Source: Eubacteriales bacterium (lineage in GTDB: Bacteria; Bacillota; Clostridia; Oscillospirales; CAG-272). From it: 64,000 nt of DNA. The first letter of the stretch is position 1. The number at the start of each line of letters is the position of its first letter. Location: contig JAZKYZ010000064.1 of the NCBI GenBank assembly GCA_045612385.1, forward strand, positions 196 to 64,195, read 5' to 3'. Below the pieces are notes generated by a model. It worked only from the letters and a program-made list of their open reading frames with translations. It was not told the origin of the DNA and did no database searches. Both the position numbers and the translations under genes were made by a program. Shown in pieces: positions 9,020 through 17,059 of this stretch.

Positions 9020-10789
9020 ATGCTTACTCTGAAACAAAAAACAGCAAAGCTTATCAGTGACGCTATCGTCGAAAATTATCCCGATGCCACACTGACTTGT
9101 GATGATATATGCGCCCTTCTTGCCTATCCCCCAGACGAAAATATGGGCGATCTCGCCCTTCCTTGCTTCGCTCTTGCGAAATCCTTGCGTCGTTCGCCTA
9201 TTGAGATTGCGACAAAGCTTGCAGCAGCGATTGCCAGTGAAGAATTTTCGTCCGTAGAAGCAGAGAAGGGATACCTCAATTTTCGTATTGCCCCTACAGC
9301 CTTTGCACGTCGTGTCCTTGCAGACGCGCAAAAGGAAGGCGAACTTTATGGCTCTCCCCGTATTGGTGAAGGAAAAACTGTTGTTCTCGACTATTCCTCT
9401 CCCAACGTTGCAAAACCCTTCCATATCGGACATCTTGGCACGACCGTCATTGGTCACTCGCTTAAACTGATGCATGAATTTGCAGGATACAAGTGCGTTG
9501 GTATCAACTATCTTGGCGACTGGGGTACCCAGTTTGGTAAGCTCATTGTCGCATACAAACTCTGGGGAAATCAGCAAAAGGTCGAAGAGGGTGGCGTGGA
9601 CGAGCTCGTTGCGCTCTATGTTCGCATCAATAACGAAATCAAGCGCGAAGAGGATGAATCTGTTGCGCATCTTCCTGAAGAAGAACGCACCAAAGCGAAG
9701 AAAAATAGCCCTCTTGGTGACGCTTCTCGCGCAGAATTTACGAAGCTTGAGCAGGGAGATAAAGAAAACCTTGACCTCTGGAAGTGGTTTGTCAGCGTTT
9801 CTCTCGCCGAATATGAAAAAACCTACAAACTTCTTGGTATCACCTTTGATAGCTACAAGGGTGAATCCTTCTACACCGATAAAATGCCCGCGCAGGTGCA
9901 GAAACTTCGTGATATGGGACTTTTGGAAATCGACGATGGCGCCTCGATTGTCAATCTGGAGCAATGGAATATGCCTGTCTGCCTGATTCTCAAGCGTGAT
10001 GGTTCGACTCTGTATCCCACCCGTGATATCGCCGCTGCCGTCTATCGTCAGCAGAGCTATCATTTTGATAAAGCCATCTACGTCACTGCTGCACAGCAGT
10101 CCCTTCACTTTGCACAGTGGTTTAAGGTAGTGGAATTGATGGGATATGATTGGTACGATAAGCTTGTTCACGTTCCTTATGGTATGGTATCCATCAATGG
10201 CGCAAAACTTGCGACCAGAACAGGTAATGTCATTCTCTTGAAGGATCTCTTTGCAGAAGCGATTGCGCGCGTATATGAAATTGCGAGCGAGAAGAATCCC
10301 GATCCCGACTCCTGCCAGAGAATTGCAGAGCAGGTTGGCGTTGGCGCGATTGTATTTTACTACCTCTCTGGTAACCGTAGAAATGACATCAACTTTAATA
10401 TGGAGGATGCGCTTTCCTTTGATGGAAACACAGGTCCTTACGTACAGTACACCTATGCGAGAACTTGCTCTGTCCTTGCCAAAGCCGACGAGGTCGGAGA
10501 AATCGCAGAGGATTATGAGATGCTTCCTTGCGAAACAAAACTGGCGAAGGTTATCTCCCTTTTCCCCGAGCGTGTGCGTGAGGCTCTCAATGCCTATGAG
10601 CCTTCCATTATCACAAGATACATTCTTGAACTCTGCAAGGCATACAATGTACTTTATCACGATTGCAAAATCATCACCTGTGATGATGAAAAGGCAAAGC
10701 GTGCGCGCCTCGCTCTGACAAAAACGGCAAGCGCCGTATTGAAAAAGGCTATGCAGCTCATCTGCCTTTCCACCCCTGAAAAAATTTAA
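9020..10789 (+). CDS. argS: Arginine--tRNA ligase
   Basis: 589 aa with a class I HIGH motif (PFHIGHLGTTVIG) and ArgRS-like N- and C-terminal domains. Confidence 0.95.
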   Translation: MLTLKQKTAKLISDAIVENYPDATLTCDDICALLAYPPDENMGDLALPCFALAKSLRRSPIEIATKLAAAIASEEFSSVEAEKGYLNFRIAPTAFARRVLADAQKEGELYGSPRIGEGKTVVLDYSSPNVAKPFHIGHLGTTVIGHSLKLMHEFAGYKCVGINYLGDWGTQFGKLIVAYKLWGNQQKVEEGGVDELVALYVRINNEIKREEDESVAHLPEEERTKAKKNSPLGDASRAEFTKLEQGDKENLDLWKWFVSVSLAEYEKTYKLLGITFDSYKGESFYTDKMPAQVQKLRDMGLLEIDDGASIVNLEQWNMPVCLILKRDGSTLYPTRDIAAAVYRQQSYHFDKAIYVTAAQQSLHFAQWFKVVELMGYDWYDKLVHVPYGMVSINGAKLATRTGNVILLKDLFAEAIARVYEIASEKNPDPDSCQRIAEQVGVGAIVFYYLSGNRRNDINFNMEDALSFDGNTGPYVQYTYARTCSVLAKADEVGEIAEDYEMLPCETKLAKVISLFPERVREALNAYEPSIITRYILELCKAYNVLYHDCKIITCDDEKAKRARLALTKTASAVLKKAMQLICLSTPEKI

Positions 10790-10810
10790 GTTTATATAAA
10801 GGAGCAATTT

Positions 10811-11539
10811 ATGTCTGGACATTCCAAGTGGAACAACATCAAACATAAGAAAGAAAAATCCGACGCGGCAAAAGCAAAGATTTTTACCAAAATCGGTAAG
10901 GAAATGGCAGTTGCCATTAAGGCAGGAGGTCCCGACCCTTCCACCAATGCGCGCCTTCGTGATTTGATTGCGAAAGCAAGAGCAAATAACGTACCTAACG
11001 AAAACATCCAGCGTACCATCAAGAAATTCTCTGAAGAAAGCACAGCAGACTTCATTGAAATTGTATATGAAGGTTACGGCCCCTCCGGTGTCGCAATCAT
11101 TGTGGAAACCTCGACCGACAATCGTAATCGTACAGCAGGTAATGTTCGCGCAGCATTTAACAAGTATGGTGGCAATATGGGCCAGACGGGCTGTGTGTCC
11201 TTCCTCTTTGAGGAAAAAGGTGTGATTCGCATTCTTGACGAGGATGAGGAAATTGATGAAGATAAGATGATGGAGGATGCGCTGGAGTGTGGCGCAGAGG
11301 ACATCAAACTTGATGAAGGCGAATACACCATTTATACCACTCCCGAAGAACTCGACAGCGTTCGTGATGCGATTTTGGCTCTCGGCTACAAAATCGACTT
11401 CTGCGACACGGCAAAAATTCCTTCCACCTATGTTACTCTTGAAAATCAAGAGGACATTGACAATCTTCGTAGAATGCTTGAAAAACTCGAAGAGGACGAC
11501 GATGTTAACGCTGTTTATACCAACTGGGACGAGCAATAA
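10811..11539 (+). CDS. yebC: YebC/PmpR-family transcriptional regulator
   Basis: MSGHSKWNNIKHKK... N-terminus and 242 aa length are diagnostic of the family. Confidence 0.95.
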   Translation: MSGHSKWNNIKHKKEKSDAAKAKIFTKIGKEMAVAIKAGGPDPSTNARLRDLIAKARANNVPNENIQRTIKKFSEESTADFIEIVYEGYGPSGVAIIVETSTDNRNRTAGNVRAAFNKYGGNMGQTGCVSFLFEEKGVIRILDEDEEIDEDKMMEDALECGAEDIKLDEGEYTIYTTPEELDSVRDAILALGYKIDFCDTAKIPSTYVTLENQEDIDNLRRMLEKLEEDDDVNAVYTNWDEQ

Positions 11540-11549
11540 TATAACATTT

Positions 11550-11810
11550 AAAAAGGCAGATGCGTGGTTGAACTGAACCCATAAAAACGGACATTGAATA
11601 AAAAGCCTCTTGTAGTAGAATAGAAATATCTACTGCAGGAGGTTTTTTGTATGGGAACTACAATTACGAACGTATCCAACTAAAAACAAAACTGACACCG
11701 TATGAAAAACGATGTCAGTTTCAAGAAATTAAGAACTTTTAAGAGCAAATCAAAGCTATTCTACGAAATGTCTTTTTATTTCGTGTCCATTGCCTTGGGT
11801 TCACTCCATT
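11550..11810 (+). repeat. Dispersed ~260-bp intergenic repeat, copy 1
   Basis: Near-identical to 31595-31857 in the same orientation. Starts right after a stop codon and contains two hairpins. Confidence 0.85.
11606..11649 (+). terminator. Intrinsic terminator inside repeat copy 1 (after yebC)
   Basis: CCTCTTGTAGTAG...CTACTGCAGGAGG followed by TTTTTTG. Confidence 0.75.
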
Positions 11811-11848
11811 CCTTAGATTCTTGCCTTTTTGATATGTCGCTATCAGGT

Positions 11849-12739
11849 TTATTTTTTTCTGGGTTGTTTTGTCTTGATATCTGCAAGAAACGAAGCGCCT
11901 AAAATAAGAACGGCGCCCACGATAGTCAAGGGGGTCATTGGCTCCTTTAAGAGCAACGCAGAGAGTACAATCGCGAGTATGGGATCGACATAACCGAGTA
12001 TGGCAACGGTGGTGGCAGAAAGAGAGGGGAGCGAGCCAAAATAAAGGGCGTAGGCAATGCCTGTATGCACAATACCCATCGTCAAAAGAAGAAGAAGCGC
12101 GAGAGGGGTAAAATCCGAGAGGGTGAAGGTTTCTGCAAAAATGGCATACGGCAGGACCACAATACCTGCGCTGGCAAGTTCGACAATGGTAAGGGTATTT
12201 CTATCTGTCCCATTGATTTTTTTATTACAAAGAATGACGGTGGCGTAAAAGAGGGCGGCGCCTGTCGCAAGGAGAACGCCGATAATGTTTTTTCCCGAAA
12301 AGGAAAAACTACTTTCAAGCACGCCACTGACAAAGACCATACCAACAAGAGAAAGGACGAGAGAAACAATTTTGGGGCCGTTCAATCTTTCCCGAAGCGC
12401 GATAGGAGAGGCAAGGATCACAAAGCTCGGAGCAAGGTAATAGCATAAGGTTGCTACGGCAACACTGGTGTAGTGATAACTTTCAAATAACAAAATCCAG
12501 TTGATGCCGATAAAGGCGCCTGTCACAATCAGAAAAGCAAGGTTCTTTTTCAGATTTTCCGTAGCAATTTTCTTTTTCCAGATGAGTACGATCAGCGCAA
12601 GGGTAAGGGCGCCCAAAATGCCACGTATTGATGCAATCAATCCAGAGGGCAAAAGCACATAGTGACGCAAAATGCCGACGGTCGAAAAAATCAGCATTGA
12701 AAAAATATATAAAAGACGACTTGTGTTTTCCTGTTTCAT
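11849..12739 (-). CDS. EamA/DMT-family transporter
   Basis: 10-TM-like hydrophobic profile with two EamA-like halves. GGAGGAAATCCA-ATG RBS favours the internal start at 12739. Confidence 0.8.
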   Translation of the reverse strand: MKQENTSRLLYIFSMLIFSTVGILRHYVLLPSGLIASIRGILGALTLALIVLIWKKKIATENLKKNLAFLIVTGAFIGINWILLFESYHYTSVAVATLCYYLAPSFVILASPIALRERLNGPKIVSLVLSLVGMVFVSGVLESSFSFSGKNIIGVLLATGAALFYATVILCNKKINGTDRNTLTIVELASAGIVVLPYAIFAETFTLSDFTPLALLLLLTMGIVHTGIAYALYFGSLPSLSATTVAILGYVDPILAIVLSALLLKEPMTPLTIVGAVLILGASFLADIKTKQPRKK

Positions 12740-12891
12740 TGGATTTCCTCCAAAAAAAGATGCTCCTATTGTAGCATATCGGGTGATGTTTTGCAAGGTT
12801 TTTTAAAAATCTTTTTTATTTTTTCCAAAGGGGTTGACTTTTCTTTGATTTGTGCTAAAATGAAAGCAATCCTACCCCTCAGGAGGTTTTT

Positions 12892-14274
12892 ATGCATAGA
12901 TTAAAAACAAACACTACCTTTACCGAAGGTGGATTGTTCTTCAAAATATTACTCTACACCCTTCCCATTATTGCGACAAACCTTCTCACACTCTTATATA
13001 ACACTGCCGACCAGATCGTCGTAGGGCAATTTTCTTCCGACCCCAATGCCCTCGCCGCCGTCGGTAGCACCGGCACACTCACCAACCTGATTGTCAATCT
13101 GCTGTTTGGTATGACGGCAGGCACCGGCGTTATCGTCGCCAGAAGTTATGGAGCGAAGGACAAGGAAGCCCTCTCGCGCGCCGTACATACCTCAATGCTT
13201 TTCTCTGTAATTGGTGGTGTCGTGGTAATGACGCTTGGCCTTTTGGTCTGTCGCTTCGGACTTACCCTGATGGGAACCAAGCCGGACGTCTTTGAGTCCG
13301 CCGTGCTTTATATGAGCATTGTTCTCTGTGGTGTTCCGGCATCAAGCGTATTTAACTTTGCTGCCGCGATCATTCGCTCAACAGGGGATTCTAAAACGCC
13401 CTTTGTCATACTCGCTTCCACAGGTATTGTCAACATTATATTCAACCTGATTTTTGTTATTCTCTTCCATATGGGCGTTGCTGGCGTTGCGCTCGCAACC
13501 ATTATCGCGCAGTATCTTTCTGCTGTATGGGCTGTGATGCTTCTTATTCGCACGAAGGAGGACTTCCGTATGTCGCCTCGCAAGTTGCGAATTGATAAGC
13601 AAATGTTCCGTCAGGTGCTTTTGATTGGCATACCTTCTGGCATTCAAAGTTCTCTTTTCTCCATTTCCAACATCTTAATTCAAAGTTCCATCAATACCTT
13701 TACCACTCCTGAGGTCTCCGGTAGCACCATTGCCAGCACCTTAGAGGGCTACGCTTATATGTCGGGCAACTGCTTCTACCAATCGGTACTGACCTTTGTC
13801 GGACAGAACTATGGCGCAGGCAAATTTGACCGTGTGAAAAAGACACTTTTGTACTGTATGCTACAATCTGCACTGACGATTGCGATTGTTTCAGGGGTAG
13901 AACTGCTTTTCGCAGAGCAGATTGTTCGCGCCTTTGTAGATACGTCCAGTCCTGTGGCAAATGAAATCATAAAGGCAGCGATTGTCCGAATGGAAATTCT
14001 CTTGGTATGTTATTTCTTAACAGGACCAATGGACGTTTTGACGGGCTATTTGCGTGCGCTCGGTATGTCGATTTTGCCAATGCTTACCTCGTTTATTTTC
14101 GCCTGTGGTCTGCGCGTGCTTTGGTGTATTTTTGTGTTTCCAATGTATGGTACGCCACAAGGCCTATTGATTATCTTCCCGATCTCTTGGGGCGCAACGG
14201 TGCTTTGCAACGGTATCATCTCCCTCATCGTTACACGCAAAACCGTACATCACCAGAACACGGTGACGGCGTAA
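12892..14274 (+). CDS. MATE-family efflux transporter
   Basis: 460 aa, 12-TM-like, with a typical MATE N-terminus (...PIIATNLLTLLYNTADQIVVGQF...). Confidence 0.85.
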   Translation: MHRLKTNTTFTEGGLFFKILLYTLPIIATNLLTLLYNTADQIVVGQFSSDPNALAAVGSTGTLTNLIVNLLFGMTAGTGVIVARSYGAKDKEALSRAVHTSMLFSVIGGVVVMTLGLLVCRFGLTLMGTKPDVFESAVLYMSIVLCGVPASSVFNFAAAIIRSTGDSKTPFVILASTGIVNIIFNLIFVILFHMGVAGVALATIIAQYLSAVWAVMLLIRTKEDFRMSPRKLRIDKQMFRQVLLIGIPSGIQSSLFSISNILIQSSINTFTTPEVSGSTIASTLEGYAYMSGNCFYQSVLTFVGQNYGAGKFDRVKKTLLYCMLQSALTIAIVSGVELLFAEQIVRAFVDTSSPVANEIIKAAIVRMEILLVCYFLTGPMDVLTGYLRALGMSILPMLTSFIFACGLRVLWCIFVFPMYGTPQGLLIIFPISWGATVLCNGIISLIVTRKTVHHQNTVTA

Positions 14275-14519
14275 TTTTTATTCTGATGAAAAACTTTGAT
14301 ACGAAGCGAAGGTGGGATACGGTGTATCCTATGACGGACTTGTGGTAGAATTTTAATTCGTTTAGAAAAGAAAAGAGAACATCTCGGTCTTTACCGATTT
14401 GTTCTCTTTTTTTGCTTTCGTAAGGTTCTTTGAATGATTTGATAGAAGGTTCCGTCAGGGGGTATGCCAGACGACAAAAAACAGATACCCTCTCCAAAGG
14501 CAAGAAAAGACAAAGGGGC

Positions 14520-14807
14520 TTATTGATTCAAGGGTTTGTTCAAAAATCCATTGAGAGCACGAGTGCCACACTTGGTGTTGCGCCACGTCATCTCGCCTGT
14601 GATTTCACAGACAAAGCATCTTGCGCTGCTTGAAATATTCGAGCGAAAATGCTGGGTCAACTCGTCTGGGTCAAGATAGGAGTCAATCATAAAAGCAGTG
14701 CCGTCAATCATACAGAAATTGACTTGATATTGCAGGTAATCATAAAATCTCTCCATCACGGAGCCACTTGCTTCGACAAGAACAAGATATCTTTTTCTAA
14801 AACGCAT
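14520..14807 (-). CDS. Small hypothetical protein, paralog of 14826-15086
   Basis: AGGAGGG RBS. Alignable to the upstream 86-aa protein (Y-hydrophobic strand, W...N near the C-terminus). Confidence 0.6.
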   Translation of the reverse strand: MRFRKRYLVLVEASGSVMERFYDYLQYQVNFCMIDGTAFMIDSYLDPDELTQHFRSNISSSARCFVCEITGEMTWRNTKCGTRALNGFLNKPLNQ

Positions 14808-14825
14808 TGCTCTTCCCTCCTAAAA

Positions 14826-15086
14826 TCAAAGATTGTTAAAGAGATAATCGCTGTGGTTTAAGTTGTTCCACGCAGCGTTTCTGCGAAGAGCCACAACGAT
14901 TACTCTGCCATTGAGCCCAACAAGAGGATTGATTTTGTCATAAATCTGGTTGGCGCTAAGGTCGGTTTTGATAAACCATTGTTCATCAAGGATGTGCGCC
15001 CAGCAAGGGAAAGACTTGATTACTTTTTCTACAAGCACACGTTGAAGCGCATTGCCGGCGCGATAAATGATAGCGTAGGACTGCAT
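14826..15086 (-). CDS. Small hypothetical protein, paralog of 14520-14807
   Basis: AAGGAG RBS 8 nt upstream of the ATG. 86 aa. Confidence 0.6.
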   Translation of the reverse strand: MQSYAIIYRAGNALQRVLVEKVIKSFPCWAHILDEQWFIKTDLSANQIYDKINPLVGLNGRVIVVALRRNAAWNNLNHSDYLFNNL

Positions 15087-15330
15087 ATTTTTTCTCCTTT
15101 TAAAAAACTCAAAATTCTAACGGATGACAAACGAAATATCTTTCGCAAGAGCGAAACCAATCGTTTTTCGCCCTTTGTAACATTATAACACCTCTCTTAT
15201 GAAAAATCAAGAGTTATCTTTCTTTATGAGGGGGAGAGGGGGCAAATCTTCTGAAAAATACAGAAAAAAGCAGAAAATATCCTTCCTGAGCGCTATATTT
15301 ATCAATAAAGTAATTTGAAGGAGAAAAACC

Positions 15331-15567
15331 ATGATTTACAAAGCAATACCTGGTCCTAAGAAAATCCAAATCGAAAACGACAACCTTAGTATGGCAACCG
15401 ATGCCTTTGCTAACCTCGTCAACACAAATGCTGTGGATGGCTGGAAATTCTATTCTCTGGAAACGATTACCACTACCGAAACCATCAAAACCGGTTGCGC
15501 ATTCAACCAGCAGGTTAGTGTAGTTGAACACAACATTTATATGCTTATTTTCTGCAAGGAAGAGTAA
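15331..15567 (+). CDS. Small DUF4177-like protein
   Basis: AAGGAG RBS. MIYKAIPGPKK...AVDGWKFYSLE...YMLIFCKEE matches the DUF4177 pattern as I recall it. Confidence 0.5.
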   Translation: MIYKAIPGPKKIQIENDNLSMATDAFANLVNTNAVDGWKFYSLETITTTETIKTGCAFNQQVSVVEHNIYMLIFCKEE

Positions 15568-15569
15568 TT

Positions 15570-16055
15570 TTGAAGGAAGAATCTACAACGGAATCCAGTT
15601 TTGATCACCTTCCTACACAGGAAGAATTGCTCGCATCTTACACACGAACCAAAAAAGCAGACCCGACCTCGACGGAATATGAACGAATCCTCGTTCGTCC
15701 CTCGTTACATATCATAAGGACGTGTCTTTTCGTTTTGGCAAGCGTCGCTGTCGCAGTCTTGCTTGCAACGCTCACTTATCTGCTATGGGAAAGTGCGCTT
15801 AATGCAATTTTGGTCGGTGTCGCTGTTCTCATCCTTTTGTTGCTTGTATTTTTAAAGCGCATCCTGATATGGCTGATTTTGGCATATCAGCGATTTGCTC
15901 CCGATAAGGTACGGAATCGTTGCCGATATGAGCCCTCCTGCTCACAATACACGATTCTGTCGATCAAAAAATACGGAGTCATCAAAGGATTTACAAAAGG
16001 TCTGAAACGCTGGCACAGTTGTAAGCCACCGAACGGTGGATTCGACCTGCCTTAA
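15570..16055 (+). CDS. yidD: YidD-family membrane protein insertion efficiency factor with a long N-terminal TM extension
   Basis: C-terminal RCRYEPSCSQYTILSIKKYGVIKG...RWHSCKP is the YidD signature. TTG start 3 nt after the upstream stop, with an AAGGAAGAG RBS. Confidence 0.7.
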   Translation: MKEESTTESSFDHLPTQEELLASYTRTKKADPTSTEYERILVRPSLHIIRTCLFVLASVAVAVLLATLTYLLWESALNAILVGVAVLILLLLVFLKRILIWLILAYQRFAPDKVRNRCRYEPSCSQYTILSIKKYGVIKGFTKGLKRWHSCKPPNGGFDLP

Positions 16056-16059
16056 TTAA

Positions 16060-16103
16060 GAAACAAGAAAACCAAGTCTCTCGGCTTGGTTTTCTTGTTT
16101 TTC
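16060..16103 (+). terminator. Intrinsic terminator after yidD-like gene
   Basis: AACAAGAAAACCAAG...CTTGGTTTTCTTGTT followed by TTTTC. Confidence 0.75.
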
Positions 16104-16376
16104 AGGTTTTCAAACATAAGAAACTGGTAAGTCATTATGTTAACAAAACGAACCCTTTACTTATCAATGTGCTCCATAGTGCATTTTACACAGTCGAAAT
16201 TTTCTAGTGCGTCCACACCGAAAGGGCTGATGATATACCAGTAAAAAAGTGCAACTTGTAAAAGGGTACTTCGGTCAGGCGATGATTAACAAGGCGCACG
16301 CCAACGGCAGCATTTGTAACGATTAGATTTTAAAACTGTCCTTTAGAGTATCTCCCTATAGGATACGACTTTTTTC

Positions 16377-16653
16377 GTGCGGACCATGTCGCTCGTTAAG
16401 AAAACAGTTGATAACTGTTTTTAGAGCGAAGACCGAGAACTATGTTCGAGGTCTGTCCCGTCGGAGCCCAAGCAAAAAGAGCACCACAAGGGTGTTTTTT
16501 AGTGCGGACGATGTCGCTCGTTAAGAAAACAGTTGATAACTGTTTTTAGTGCGAAGACCGAAGACTATGTATGAGGTCTGTCCCGTCGGAGCCCAAGCAA
16601 AAAGAGCACCACAAGGGTGCTCTTTAGTGCTTGGTGCGGACGACGGGACTTGA
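16377..16653. repeat. Two tandem 125-bp units plus a terminal 22-nt tRNA-Leu 3' fragment
   Basis: Units start at 16377 and 16502 with GTGCGGAC(C/G)ATG (tRNA-Leu 3'-end-like). Each ends with the AAAAAGAGCACC-ACAA-GGGTG hairpin. A third start at 16632 is the perfect tRNA 3' end copy. Confidence 0.9.
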
Positions 16654-16752
16654 TTCTCCTCGCGAACTGCGCTCGTCGGTCAGTCGCGGCTCTGACAGTC
16701 CACCGGACTGTCATTCACTACCGCTCCCCTTCAAGTCCCCTCATCCAAACCA

Positions 16753-16785
16753 CACAAAAACACCCTCCGAAAATCGGAGGGTGTT
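16753..16785 (-). terminator. Intrinsic terminator downstream of the recombinase gene
   Basis: Minus strand reads ACACCCTCCG-ATTTT-CGGAGGGTGT followed by TTTTTGTG. Confidence 0.7.
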
Positions 16786-17059
16786 TCGCGTGGTGCACCA
16801 CTTTAAGCCTAAATTGAACCAAGTGTTCAGTTTGGGCTTTTTGCTTTTCTTATGGCTTTTTCGACGTCGGTGCTGACGGCGGTTTATGCCGCGAAAGACT
16901 CTTGACACGAGTAAGGGGGTGTGGTAGGCTTCATGCCATAGGCAAACAAACAGCCCCTCGGGGCTGGGTGGTTGGCTTCTTTGCCTTGCACCCACACTCC
17001 CGAGAGGCTCGTGTCAAGAGTACCGTGGAATAAATAGCCGTTAGCTTAATGTATGTGAG

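Noticed and set aside
9014-11536. 840-aa ORF on the minus strand spanning argS and yebC
   Set aside because: It is antisense to two confidently identified genes. The translation is low-complexity and Cys/Phe/Ile-rich with no motifs and no RBS. It is a shadow ORF produced by codon bias.
16377-16653. Possible CRISPR array (also considered for 6035-6346 and 44119-44519)
   Set aside because: Units are 125-170 bp and are similar along their whole length. There is no short-repeat/unique-spacer alternation, and no cas genes are in the window.
16632-16740. Second tRNA-Leu gene or a tmRNA ending in ...TCAAGTCCCGTCGTCCGCACCA
   Set aside because: Only the last 22 nt match tRNA-Leu. There is no matching 5' acceptor strand (GCGGACG), no D or anticodon arms, and no GGGG 5' end or G3:U70 as tmRNA requires. 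It is interpreted as the att duplication.
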